Positions 16,053-25,697 of a DNA stretch of 64,000 bases are shown here, piece by piece. Location of the stretch: positions 1,600,001-1,664,000 of the forward strand of contig OZ245033.1 of assembly GCA_965224025.1 (NCBI GenBank). Direction: 5' to 3'. Position 1 is the stretch's first letter, and every line of letters begins with the position of its first letter. Below the pieces are notes generated by a model. The model ran no database searches and was not told the DNA's origin. It saw only the letters and a program-made list of their open reading frames with translations. The position numbers and the translations under genes were made by a program. The stretch is from Candidatus Multivorans sp. GTDB lineage: Bacteria; Acidobacteriota; Thermoanaerobaculia; Multivoradales; Multivoraceae.

Positions 16053-17437
16053 ATTAGTCCGAGGCGCCCCGGTAGTTCTTCGGTCATCAACTGATCGACG
16101 TGCCCAGGGCCCGAGCCGATCGCCACGACGTCGAACTTGCCGAAGCGCTCCAGCGGCCCAACGTTGTAGAGCAGGAAGCGCCCCGCGCCGACCCCGCGGT
16201 CGCGCAGTGAATCGCCCAGCCTGTCCAAGAGTTCCTTGAAGCTCAGACCCGCCAGATCGCGGTGGACGAAACCCTGCGCCTGGTAGGGGGGCCGGCCCTC
16301 GGGATACAGCCGGTCGACCAGGTTCATCGGCGTGCTCGTACCGCCCCAGCGCCCGTTGCACTCCGTGAACACGACCCGATCCCGTGGCAGCACGAGGTGG
16401 TCGAACGAGCAGCGGCCAACGTAGCCCATACCCTGGAGGGCGGACGCCACCCGGCCCGACTGCGAGACGATCGCCTGCTCTACATCGGAGGGCAGTCCGC
16501 TCGGCCGGCTGCCCACGAAAACGCCCTCCTCGCCCGCCAGGATCTGCTCGTAGACGCCGTCGAGCCGCGGCCCACCGCGGCCCGGCGGCGGCAGCCACCA
16601 CTGGGTCGACGGCGACGATGTCGATTTTTCCCAGGCAACCGCGAGCACCTCTTCGTTACCGTCCCAGCCGGTGCGCTCGAGAAAACCGCGGACCATGTCG
16701 AGCACGCCTGCGAATCCCTTCCGGCGCAGAGCCGGCGACTCGAACACCTCGTTGCCCATCGCCGACGCGCAGCGCAACCGCTTGAGAGCCACAACCGGGC
16801 TCGCCTCGGCCAGTTCAAGCAACCCGCGAGCCAGGGACTCGGCGGACGCTGAGCGATGGCTGGCGGGCAGAAAGCCGGGCCCCAGAACCGCGGTCACCAG
16901 ATCCTCGAAGCTCGCCTTGTCGTTGGCAATCCAGGCGACCGGTGGGGGCGGCGCCAGCACCCGCACTTGTGTCCCGGTGTCGGTGGCGACCGCCGCGGCC
17001 AGCTCCCAGATCACCTCGATGCCCATGAAGGGCTCGATCACGAATCCCCCCCTCGCCGCCGCCAGAGCGGCCAAACGGGCCCTGGGGGCACCGATCATGC
17101 AGCCTCGCGCGACCGCGAGCCGGTCACGACCGGGATCGACCTCCAGCAACTCGACCGCGCCGAGACCCAAGACATCCCGGATGTACCGCTCGTAGCCGGG
17201 AGACGCGGCGGTCGTGGCGGCAACGACGTCAGCCTCCGCCGCCCGAAGCCGGGCCCGGTGCTGGTAGGACTCGACTCCCGCGATGCCGTCGAGAAAGGGA
17301 ATCCCCGTGAAGTCGTCGATGTGCAGAGCGGGTGTTGGGCCGTCGTTCCCCATATAACGGTACGGCTCGAAGGCGACCAGCCGGCGCCGGAGGTCGAGCC
17401 GCTCCTCGAAGTCCTGCACAACCGGGCGAACGCTCAC
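16049..17437 (-). CDS. ATP-grasp enzyme, pre-ATP-grasp/PGM1 peptide-ligase-like
   Basis: NDKASF, ALKRLRCASAMGN, SPSTQWW, EQIL, GYVGRCSFD, ECNGRWGGTSTP; GTG 17437 overlaps the menE stop (GTGA). Confidence 0.75.
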   Translation of the reverse strand: MSVRPVVQDFEERLDLRRRLVAFEPYRYMGNDGPTPALHIDDFTGIPFLDGIAGVESYQHRARLRAAEADVVAATTAASPGYERYIRDVLGLGAVELLEVDPGRDRLAVARGCMIGAPRARLAALAAARGGFVIEPFMGIEVIWELAAAVATDTGTQVRVLAPPPPVAWIANDKASFEDLVTAVLGPGFLPASHRSASAESLARGLLELAEASPVVALKRLRCASAMGNEVFESPALRRKGFAGVLDMVRGFLERTGWDGNEEVLAVAWEKSTSSPSTQWWLPPPGRGGPRLDGVYEQILAGEEGVFVGSRPSGLPSDVEQAIVSQSGRVASALQGMGYVGRCSFDHLVLPRDRVVFTECNGRWGGTSTPMNLVDRLYPEGRPPYQAQGFVHRDLAGLSFKELLDRLGDSLRDRGVGAGRFLLYNVGPLERFGKFDVVAIGSGPGHVDQLMTEELPGRLGLI

Positions 17438-19008
17438 GGCATCTTCTCCGGGGCGCAGGCGTTGCCCGGTTCGATCAGGAGGTCTCGGCAGGCCTCCCGA
17501 TCGACCTTGCCCGAGCGCGCCACCGGGAGCCGCTCGAGTACCCGCCATTGCCTCGGCCGCTTGAAGCCGGCCAGCCGGGCGCCGAGACGCCGCTCGAGTT
17601 CCACGAGCCCGCCAAGCGACTCGAACCCAGCAGCCGGGACCAGGACGGCGCCCACCTGCTCGCCCCACTCCTCGTCCTCCAGACCGACGACGCAGGCGGC
17701 CGCGGCGCCCTTCCACTCGAGCACGGCGGCTTCGACCTCGGCCGGATCGACGTTCTCTCCGCCCGTCACGATCCGGTCCGCGCGCCGGCCCAGCACACGC
17801 AGCCGGCCGCGCTCGTCGACCGCGCCCATGTCGCCGGTGTCGAACCAGCCGTCCGCGTCGAAGGGTCGTTCGAGCGGCGCGCCCGGTTCGGCGGCGAGAT
17901 AGCCGTCGAAGAGGATCGGACCGCGAATCAGGATCGAGCCCGCGCTACGGGCAGGCTCGGCGCCCACGCTTCGCGCGCCAACTCCGGGAACCCCCGCGTC
18001 CCCGCCCTTATCCGGGCGCGCAACGCCCCTGGTGTCGCGGGCGGCTCCACCCGACTGCTCGACCACACGAACTTCGACTCCCGGTACCGGCATCCCCACG
18101 CCGCCGCGAGCCCGGCCAGGTCGCTCCGTCGCGACCTGAGAGCAGGCCTCGGTCAGTCCATAGGTTGCGAGTACGGGCCAACCGAGGTCCCTGGCGCGCT
18201 CCATCAGCGCCGGCGGCGCCGAATCGCCGCCCACGAGCACGGCGCGGAGGGAAAGCGGCGGGCGCCGAGCAGCCTGAAGCAGTCGAAGGAGCATCGCCGG
18301 CACGACGGACAGCAGCGTGACCCGGTCACGCTCGACAACCCGCAACGTCTCTCCGGCGTCGAAAGCTCCGGAGGCGCCGCGCCCGCCCACAACGACGGTC
18401 CGCCGCGCATGGAGGGAACGGACGACGATCATCAGGCCTCCTACATGCGCGGTCGGCAGGCTCAGGAGCCAGCGATCGTCCGCGCGCCAACCCAGCGCCG
18501 CCCCGTGGGCGCGGGACGAGGCGCAAAGCGCCGTGGGACTGAGGACGGCGCCCCGCGGCGCACCTGCGGTGCCCGAGGTGAAGACGATCGCGGCGCCGCG
18601 GTCACGCGGTCCGATACCGCCCCCGGCGACCCGCCGCGCCGGGACCATCGCGCCGCCGCTCCGAATGATGAGGGAGGCCCCGGCCATCGCGACCGCCCGG
18701 TCACGCTCCGCAGGGCGCCAGCGGGGATGGAGAAGGACGAAGGCCGCCCGGTCCTCGAGGAGGGCCAGAAGCACCGCGACCGTCTCGGTCCCCATGCCGC
18801 CGGTGACCGCAACGACGTTCCTCGAGACGGCAGCATCCTCGCCCGTATTGGACGCCGGCGGTTCGGGCAGCCGCCGTCGCAACGCCTTGCGGATCCGATC
18901 CACGCGCTCGGCCAGCTCCCTCCAGCCGATCTCGCGACCACCGTCGACGAGCGCCGGTCCCGCCGGCGCCTCGCGTGCGGCCGCTTGGACCGAAAGCTCG
19001 CCGCTCAG
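17434..19008 (-). CDS. menE: o-succinylbenzoate--CoA ligase
   Basis: AMP-binding FTSGTAGAPRG, TYGLTE, FDTGD, IVTGGENV; men operon context; start uncertain (CTG 19008 proposed). Confidence 0.88.
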   Translation of the reverse strand: MSGELSVQAAAREAPAGPALVDGGREIGWRELAERVDRIRKALRRRLPEPPASNTGEDAAVSRNVVAVTGGMGTETVAVLLALLEDRAAFVLLHPRWRPAERDRAVAMAGASLIIRSGGAMVPARRVAGGGIGPRDRGAAIVFTSGTAGAPRGAVLSPTALCASSRAHGAALGWRADDRWLLSLPTAHVGGLMIVVRSLHARRTVVVGGRGASGAFDAGETLRVVERDRVTLLSVVPAMLLRLLQAARRPPLSLRAVLVGGDSAPPALMERARDLGWPVLATYGLTEACSQVATERPGRARGGVGMPVPGVEVRVVEQSGGAARDTRGVARPDKGGDAGVPGVGARSVGAEPARSAGSILIRGPILFDGYLAAEPGAPLERPFDADGWFDTGDMGAVDERGRLRVLGRRADRIVTGGENVDPAEVEAAVLEWKGAAAACVVGLEDEEWGEQVGAVLVPAAGFESLGGLVELERRLGARLAGFKRPRQWRVLERLPVARSGKVDREACRDLLIEPGNACAPEKMP

Positions 19009-19895
19009 CTCCCAGCTCCCAGAACGATGCCGGCCGACAGGAGAAGGCCGAACAGCAGGAGCAGGCGCGCAGTCGCCGCCAGGGACGCATTCAAGGCCGC
19101 CCCCTCGCCCCGCCATACGGACCGCAACACCGTCACCGCAAGCGGCAGCGCCAGCCAGGACAGGAGAGGCCAGGGGCCCAGGCGGGCCACCAGCGGCAGC
19201 GTCGCAAGGTGGGCGGCCAGCACGAGCGCAGCGTACTCGAGCCGCGCGAACCGGGGGCCGAACCGCACCGCCAACGTCCACTTGCCGGCGAGCGCGTCCT
19301 CCTCAAGGTCGCGCAGGTTGTTGGTGACCAGGATCGCCGTCGCCAGCGCACCGACCGCCAGGCCGGACCACCACGCCGCAATCGGCACCTGAAGCGCCTG
19401 CACGTACACCGTGCCGCACACCGCCACCAGGCCGAAGAACAGGACGACGAACAGATCTCCCAAGCCCGTGTAGGCCAACGCCCAGGGGCCGGCCGTGTAG
19501 AGCAGGCCGGACGCGATCGACACCGCGCCGACGACGAGCACCGGCCAGCCGGCGACAGCCGCCAGATAGAGCCCGCACGCCATGCAGATCCCGAACGCGA
19601 TCCAGGCCCCGGCCCAAACCTGGCCGCGGCTGAGCAGTCCCGACTGAACCGCTCGCGCCGGGCCGACGCGTCGCTGTGTGTCGGCGCCGCGATCGAAGTC
19701 GAGGACATCGTTCGAGAGGTTGGTGCCGATCTGGATCGAGATCGCGACGCCCAGGGCCGCCAGCGCGGGACCGGGGACGAAACCGGAGACGGAAACGGCG
19801 CAGGCCGTACCGACCACCACCGGTGTCACCGCAGCCCAGAGGGTCTTCGGCCGGCTCGCCTGAATCCAGGCTCGGAGGCCGCCCCGTCGGCTCAT
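19005..19895 (-). CDS. menA: 1,4-dihydroxy-2-naphthoate polyprenyltransferase
   Basis: [43 protein letters not shown]; multi-TM. Confidence 0.95.
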   Translation of the reverse strand: MSRRGGLRAWIQASRPKTLWAAVTPVVVGTACAVSVSGFVPGPALAALGVAISIQIGTNLSNDVLDFDRGADTQRRVGPARAVQSGLLSRGQVWAGAWIAFGICMACGLYLAAVAGWPVLVVGAVSIASGLLYTAGPWALAYTGLGDLFVVLFFGLVAVCGTVYVQALQVPIAAWWSGLAVGALATAILVTNNLRDLEEDALAGKWTLAVRFGPRFARLEYAALVLAAHLATLPLVARLGPWPLLSWLALPLAVTVLRSVWRGEGAALNASLAATARLLLLFGLLLSAGIVLGAGS

Positions 19896-20740
19896 GGATA
19901 GCGCTGGAACTTCGAGAAGTCGGGCTTCCGTTTCTCAAGGAACGCCTGGCGACCCTCCTGCCCCTCCCGCGTCATGTAGAACAGCAGCGTCGCGTTGCCC
20001 GCCAGTTCCTGGAGACCCGCCTGACCGTCGCAGTCGGCGTTCATTGCCGCCTTCAGGCAGCGCAGCGCCATGGGGCTGTTGGCCAGCATTTCGCGGCACC
20101 ACTGGAGCGTCTCCTCCTCCAGCCGTTCCAGCGGCACGACGGTGTTGACGAGTCCCATGTCCAGTGCCTGCCGGGCGTCGTACTGGCGGCACAGGAACCA
20201 GATCTCCCGCGCCCTTTTCTGGCCCACGATCCTCGCCATGTAGGAGGCGCCGTAGCCGCCGTCGAAGCTGCCCACGCGCGGGCCGGTTTGACCGAAACGC
20301 GCGTTGTCCGCCGCGATCGTCAGGTCGCAGACCATGTGCAGCACGTGGCCCCCACCGATCGCATAGCCGGCAACCATGGCGACGACCGGTTTAGGCAACG
20401 TGCGGATCTGACGCTGCAGGTCGAGCACGTTGAGGCGCGGTACACCGTCGTCCCCGACGTACCCGGCGTCGCCCCGGATCCGCTGATCGCCGCCCGAACA
20501 GAACGCCATCGGCCCTTCGCCGGTCAGGACGACCGCACCGACTTCGCCGTCGTCCCGCGCCTGCCCGACCGCAGCGCTCATTTCTTCAACCGTCAGCGGC
20601 CGGAAGGCGTTGCGAACCTCCGGCCGGTTGATCGTGATCTTGGCGATCCCCTCCGGTTCGCCATCGACATGGGATTTCTCGTACCGAATGTCGGTGTACT
20701 CACCGGCGTTTCGCCACTCCTGGCTCGATTCTCCACTCAT
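19892..20740 (-). CDS. menB: 1,4-dihydroxy-2-naphthoyl-CoA synthase
   Basis: [34 protein letters not shown]; AAGGAGG RBS. Confidence 0.97.
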   Translation of the reverse strand: MSGESSQEWRNAGEYTDIRYEKSHVDGEPEGIAKITINRPEVRNAFRPLTVEEMSAAVGQARDDGEVGAVVLTGEGPMAFCSGGDQRIRGDAGYVGDDGVPRLNVLDLQRQIRTLPKPVVAMVAGYAIGGGHVLHMVCDLTIAADNARFGQTGPRVGSFDGGYGASYMARIVGQKRAREIWFLCRQYDARQALDMGLVNTVVPLERLEEETLQWCREMLANSPMALRCLKAAMNADCDGQAGLQELAGNATLLFYMTREGQEGRQAFLEKRKPDFSKFQRYP

Positions 20741-20767
20741 CCCGCACGCCTCCTTCGACCGGTGACA

Positions 20768-23700
20768 CTACAACGGCGGGCGGAGGTCCCCGGGCGGCTG
20801 CCGGAGCAGATCGAGCAGTTCGTCGACGCTCAGGCGTCCGGCCGCGGACGCGCCCTCGAGCAACTGATCGGCAAGGTCGCGTTTGCGCTGGTGCAGATCC
20901 ATGATCTGCTCCTCGATGGTGCCTTCCGTGACCAGGCGGTAGATGGTCACGGGCCGTGTCTGCCCGATTCGGTGGGCGCGGTCCGAGGCCTGGTCCTCCA
21001 CCGCCGGGTTCCACCAGGGATCCATGTGGATCACATAGTCGGCGGCGGTGAGGTTCAGGCCGACGCCGCCGGCCTTCAACGAAATCAGGAAGACATCGCC
21101 CTCGCCGGCCTGAAATGCCGCTATGCGCTCGGTTCGGCGCTTCGCAGGCGTCGAGCCGTCGAGGTACTTGTAGCTGACGCCGGCCCCCTTCAAGTACTCC
21201 TCGATCAGCTTCAAGTGCTTGACGAACTGTGAGAAAACCAACACCTTGTGCCGATTCTCCAACAGTCCCTCCAGGGTCTCCGCAAAGGTGGCGAGCTTCG
21301 AACTCGGCGCATTGCTCGAGTCGAGCACCAGCCGCGGATTGCAGCAGGCCAGCCGCAGGCGCGTCAGGTGTGCGAGCACCTGCACCCGTCGAGCGCCCTC
21401 GCCCAGATCGGGGTCCACTTCGCGCGCCGTCTCGAGCTCTTCGACGGCCCGCTGGCGCAGGGCTTCGTAGAGCACCGACTCCTCTGCCGACATGCCTACA
21501 TGCAGCGTGATCTCCGTCCTCTCCGGCAAGTCGTCGAGCACATCGGCCTTCAAGCGCCGCAGCATGAACGGTGCGATCAGTCGACGCAGCCGGGCTTGCG
21601 CCACGGCGTTTCCGTCGCGTTCGATCGGAAGACCGAACTCGCGACGGAACCGTTGCAGGGAACCGAGCAACCCCGGATTGAGGAAACCGAACAGCGAGTG
21701 CAGGTCCATCAGGTTGTTCTGAATCGGCGTGCCGGTGGTAACCACCCGGAACCCCGCACTCAATCGCCGCGCGGCCTGAGTGCGCTTGGCGACGGGGTTC
21801 TTGATCGCCTGGGCCTCGTCCAGTGCGACGCTATGCCAGTGCACGCCTGCCAGCAGCTCGATGTCGTTCTGCAGCACGCCGTAGGTGGTAACGAACAGAT
21901 CGAACGGCTCGGGCGCCTCGATCAGTGTCGCACGCGACGACGCCGGGCCGGCATAGACCGTGACGTTCAGGGTGGGGGCGAAACGGTGCGCCTCATCGAC
22001 CCAGTTGGCGACGACGGAGGTCGGGGCCACCACCAGCGCGGGACCGACGGGCGCCCGCTCAAGGAGCACGGCAAGCGTCTGCACGGTCTTCCCGAGGCCC
22101 ATGTCGTCGGCGAGGCAGGCGCCCGCTCCCCAGTGCGCGAGACGTGCCAGCCAGCGGTAGCCGTCTCGCTGATAGGGCCGCAATTCGGCTCGCAAGGTGC
22201 TCGGCAGCCTCACCTCGAAGGACTCCGCTGCGGCGATGCGCTTCCGGAGGTCGCGCCAACCGGCGTCGGCCTCGACTTCCGCGCTGTCGAACAGTTCGTC
22301 GAGCGCCAGCGTCGCGAGCGGATGCAACCGCACCGCGCCCTTGGCTGCCGGCGCAGACAGACTGGCGAAGTCGTCGAGCTGGCGGCGCAGGGCGCCGGTC
22401 AGCGCGAGAAACTCGCCCTTGTCCAGCTCCAGGAAACGCGAACCCGGATGTTCGTCGAGCAGTTCGAACAGCCGCTTCAAATCCAGGATCCGCCCTTTGT
22501 CGATGGGGAGCTTGCCGGACGCCTGCATCCACTCCGCCGCCGACTTGAAACTCAAGCTCAGCGAAGCCGTTGACGCCTGGGCGACGATACGGAACGGCTC
22601 GCCCCTTGGCCGCTTGCAGCGGGCGCCGATGGAGGCGAGGCGGTCCAGCAACTCGAGGCAGTGGCCGGGCTCCGGTATCACCAGGGGTTCCAACTCGGTG
22701 GGGCGCGAAGAAAGCGGCGGGCACTGCTCGATCAACCGGTCGGCCGCGAGGCGTTCCGCGTCCAGGTCGCGTCGCGCCTGTACCGGCATCCCGTCACGAT
22801 GAGCGAACACGTTGACGCCGCCGGCGCCCGGCGTAAAGTGGATGTCCGAGTCTGGAATCGGTTCGACGACAAGCGCCGCGGTCAGTCCGGTGTCCATAGG
22901 TTCAAGGCGCACCCAGGGTTGCGCGTCCGCCGGCACCCGTGCAGCGTTGGCGGCTCCGTCGACGGTGTCGCTCTGCACCCGGATGCTGGAGGCAAGTGCC
23001 GAAACCGCAGCCAACAGGCGCGGCTTGGCGTCGGCGGGCAAGACCAGACCGGCCTCCGGTATGACCTCGAACAGGCGCCGGTGCTCCGGCGCGAAGCGCG
23101 TCACCTCGCACCGCCGTTCGGACGTCATCACGGCGAGGTGGTTGTCGCCAGGATCCGGATCGCGGGGCTCCATGTGGACGACGGCGCGACCTTCGGCGTC
23201 CTCGTCGATGGTGAGTTCGGGCTCTCGCCGCACAATGTCCACCGGTTCGCCGTCGACGTTGAAGACGTGCGGATGGCCGGCGAGTTCGAACAGGCTGGCC
23301 AGACCCAGATAGTGTTCCCCGCGGCGGCCCCAGTAGCGATCGGTAGACACCGCAGCGATGGCCTCGCGATCCTGCGGCAGCAGGAAGTCCATCCTTGCGG
23401 CCTCGGTGACCAGGCGCTTCACCGCTATCCGCCTGCCCTTGGTCCAGGAATCGTTCTGCCTCTCTCCTTGTTCGCGCACGCTGAGCGTGATCCAAGCGTC
23501 TCCATCGACGATCTCCCACGCCAGACGGCGCCTGCCCGTTGGCCGCGCCTTGCGGTCCCTGCTCGCCTTGCGGCGGGCGTCGCTCGCGAGATGCTCGAGC
23601 GACTTCAGTGCGTTCTCCCAATCCTGTATCGGCGTCGCGACATCGAGCAGTGTCCCGGCCCCGAGTTCGGCGTGACCGGCGGCGGGGATTGCACGGTCGG

Positions 23701-24940
23701 GCGGTCCCGGATAGCGACCCAGCACCTCGTCGCACTCGGCGACCAACCAGGCGAAGCCGTTCGCGATCGCCCGCCGGCGATAGTTCAGGAGACACGCCCG
23801 GCTGGACGCGGCGTGCGGGTACTCGTCCAGCCAACAGTTCAGCAGGCCATACATCAGGGCGCTCAGAGCGGGCCGCTGCAAGGCACGGGCGTAGCCCGCC
23901 GCAAGGCTCTTGGCCCGCGCCGCCTCGGACACCCACCTGAGATCGTCGGACCGTCGGTGTTGGTTGAGTTCCGCGCCGCGGCAGGTCCGCATGAACAATT
24001 TGTTCGCACTGACGGTGTCCAGCCGGACGAGCGCCAGCAGAGACCACGCGAGCGCCTTGGAATCCGGGAAGACGAGGCGCTTGCGGGTGCCTGCCCGCTC
24101 CTTGGCAAGACAGTCCTCGATGTGTCGCTGCGCCGCCTCATCGTCGCCTCTGAGCATGGCGATCAACGCTTGCGTAGCGGCCAACCCGGTAACCGCGATC
24201 TTGCTCTGGCGACTGCTCGGCGGCAGCTCGTCGAACACCGCCGGCACCGCCTCGAAGCGGCCCTGCAGCACGCGGATGAAGGCGATGTCGGCGGCGTGGG
24301 CTTCCGGCGCCGGGCTCAATTCCTGACAGACCCGGATCGTCGGCGCCGGCGGAGCGCAGGTGTCGATGACATGGTTCAGGCAAGCGGTCAGCGCATGGTG
24401 GCGATGGGCGTCCGGCAGCATCCGCAGCAGGTCTTCCGCCAGTGGTTCCGCAAGGAACTTCCAACTCAGGAAAGGAGCTATCCCTGTGAGTTCTGCGAGC
24501 CCTTCGAGGTTGCCTCTTACGAGGTCGCAGCGCAGCCGCATGTGATCCCTGAACGACTCGTACGGCCCTAGCAGCGACTGAATCTCCAGGAAGAGCGGCG
24601 TCAGGCGGCCTTCCGCGTGGGCGATGCGCGCCAACGCCAGCGACCACTCCGGCACGGCTCGGACGCCGGCGTTGGACCACCGCTCCACAAGCCCCGCCTC
24701 GATCAGCTCCTCGTTGCAGCGGCGGATCCGGGCCGCGTCCAGACGACGGTTGCGCAGCAACACGCCCGCCTTCGACATCGCCCGCTGGATGCGTCCGATC
24801 CCAAGCGGACATGGCGCCGCGACCCCATAGGCCTGGGCGACGAGCTGCGCGGCGGGCGACAATGCCGCGTACGGTTCGGGCGTGGCGTACGACAGGGCGG
24901 GAGAATGCCGACCGGCGGGCTTCTCGTCAACACCCTCCAC
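20768..24940 (-). CDS. Large SNF2-family (SF2) helicase/ATPase with long uncharacterised N-terminal region
   Basis: All motifs intact: LADDMGLGKT, LDEAQAIKN, TGTPIQN, VLVFSQF, LISLKAGGVGLNL, QASDRAHRIGQ. Confidence 0.92.
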   Translation of the reverse strand: MEGVDEKPAGRHSPALSYATPEPYAALSPAAQLVAQAYGVAAPCPLGIGRIQRAMSKAGVLLRNRRLDAARIRRCNEELIEAGLVERWSNAGVRAVPEWSLALARIAHAEGRLTPLFLEIQSLLGPYESFRDHMRLRCDLVRGNLEGLAELTGIAPFLSWKFLAEPLAEDLLRMLPDAHRHHALTACLNHVIDTCAPPAPTIRVCQELSPAPEAHAADIAFIRVLQGRFEAVPAVFDELPPSSRQSKIAVTGLAATQALIAMLRGDDEAAQRHIEDCLAKERAGTRKRLVFPDSKALAWSLLALVRLDTVSANKLFMRTCRGAELNQHRRSDDLRWVSEAARAKSLAAGYARALQRPALSALMYGLLNCWLDEYPHAASSRACLLNYRRRAIANGFAWLVAECDEVLGRYPGPPDRAIPAAGHAELGAGTLLDVATPIQDWENALKSLEHLASDARRKASRDRKARPTGRRRLAWEIVDGDAWITLSVREQGERQNDSWTKGRRIAVKRLVTEAARMDFLLPQDREAIAAVSTDRYWGRRGEHYLGLASLFELAGHPHVFNVDGEPVDIVRREPELTIDEDAEGRAVVHMEPRDPDPGDNHLAVMTSERRCEVTRFAPEHRRLFEVIPEAGLVLPADAKPRLLAAVSALASSIRVQSDTVDGAANAARVPADAQPWVRLEPMDTGLTAALVVEPIPDSDIHFTPGAGGVNVFAHRDGMPVQARRDLDAERLAADRLIEQCPPLSSRPTELEPLVIPEPGHCLELLDRLASIGARCKRPRGEPFRIVAQASTASLSLSFKSAAEWMQASGKLPIDKGRILDLKRLFELLDEHPGSRFLELDKGEFLALTGALRRQLDDFASLSAPAAKGAVRLHPLATLALDELFDSAEVEADAGWRDLRKRIAAAESFEVRLPSTLRAELRPYQRDGYRWLARLAHWGAGACLADDMGLGKTVQTLAVLLERAPVGPALVVAPTSVVANWVDEAHRFAPTLNVTVYAGPASSRATLIEAPEPFDLFVTTYGVLQNDIELLAGVHWHSVALDEAQAIKNPVAKRTQAARRLSAGFRVVTTGTPIQNNLMDLHSLFGFLNPGLLGSLQRFRREFGLPIERDGNAVAQARLRRLIAPFMLRRLKADVLDDLPERTEITLHVGMSAEESVLYEALRQRAVEELETAREVDPDLGEGARRVQVLAHLTRLRLACCNPRLVLDSSNAPSSKLATFAETLEGLLENRHKVLVFSQFVKHLKLIEEYLKGAGVSYKYLDGSTPAKRRTERIAAFQAGEGDVFLISLKAGGVGLNLTAADYVIHMDPWWNPAVEDQASDRAHRIGQTRPVTIYRLVTEGTIEEQIMDLHQRKRDLADQLLEGASAAGRLSVDELLDLLRQPPGDLRPPL

Positions 24941-25697
24941 GCATCGGCCCCATCGCTTCGTTCAGCAAGCGCGCCAGTTCGGCGGGCGCCTCCAGTGGAA
25001 TGTTGTGCCCGACGCCGTCGACAATGTGAACTCTACACCTGGGCAGGAGCGGCGCCATCCGGAGCGCGAGCGCCTTGAACTTGGCGTCCAGGCCGCCGGC
25101 GATCAACTCGACCGGGCAAGCAACGGTCGAAAGAGCCGGGCCGTAGTTCGGCATCGCTGCCAGGCTGAGCGCCCTCATGGCCGCGGCCAGACCGGCCGGG
25201 TCGTGGCTCAGCCGGATTCTCCGCTGATCCTCCAGCGCTTCGGCTTCAAGCCGACTCTGGCTTCCGAATAGCGGCAGCGCCGACCACTCGCGGTCGAAAG
25301 CGGCCAGGCCCCGCTCGTCGATGCAGCGCGCCCACGATTCGTCCGCCCTCTCTCTGGCGGCAAGCGCTTCCTCATCGTCGAGCCCGGGATTGATCCCGAT
25401 CAGCGCGGCGCCCGCGATGAGTTCCGGGCGGCGCACCAGGAGGCCCAGCGTCAAGCGCCCACCCAGGGAGTACCCCGCCGCGAATCGAGGCGGGGGAACG
25501 GCGTTGGCGATTTCAGCCGCCAGCCGATCGACTTCGGCCTCGAACGCGCCTACGGGGTCGGCGTCAGCGACCGATGACCCTCCGCCGCCGTGACCGAAAA
25601 CCGCCGGCGCGTATGTGCGCGCATCAAGCAACGAAGCCACGCACCGCCAGCTCTCGGGACTGCCGGAGAACCCGTGGATCAGGACCGCGGTGATCAT
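24927..25697 (-). CDS. menH: SHCHC synthase (alpha/beta hydrolase)
   Basis: LIHGFSGS, GYSLGGR nucleophile elbow, GGLDAKF, GHNIPLEAP; ATGA-coupled to menD. Confidence 0.9.
   Translation of the reverse strand: MITAVLIHGFSGSPESWRCVASLLDARTYAPAVFGHGGGGSSVADADPVGAFEAEVDRLAAEIANAVPPPRFAAGYSLGGRLTLGLLVRRPELIAGAALIGINPGLDDEEALAARERADESWARCIDERGLAAFDREWSALPLFGSQSRLEAEALEDQRRIRLSHDPAGLAAAMRALSLAAMPNYGPALSTVACPVELIAGGLDAKFKALALRMAPLLPRCRVHIVDGVGHNIPLEAPAELARLLNEAMGPMRGGC

Noticed and set aside
20741-24960. Mobile-element boundaries around the men-embedded helicase
   Set aside because: No target-site duplication, inverted repeats or recombinase were found at either junction
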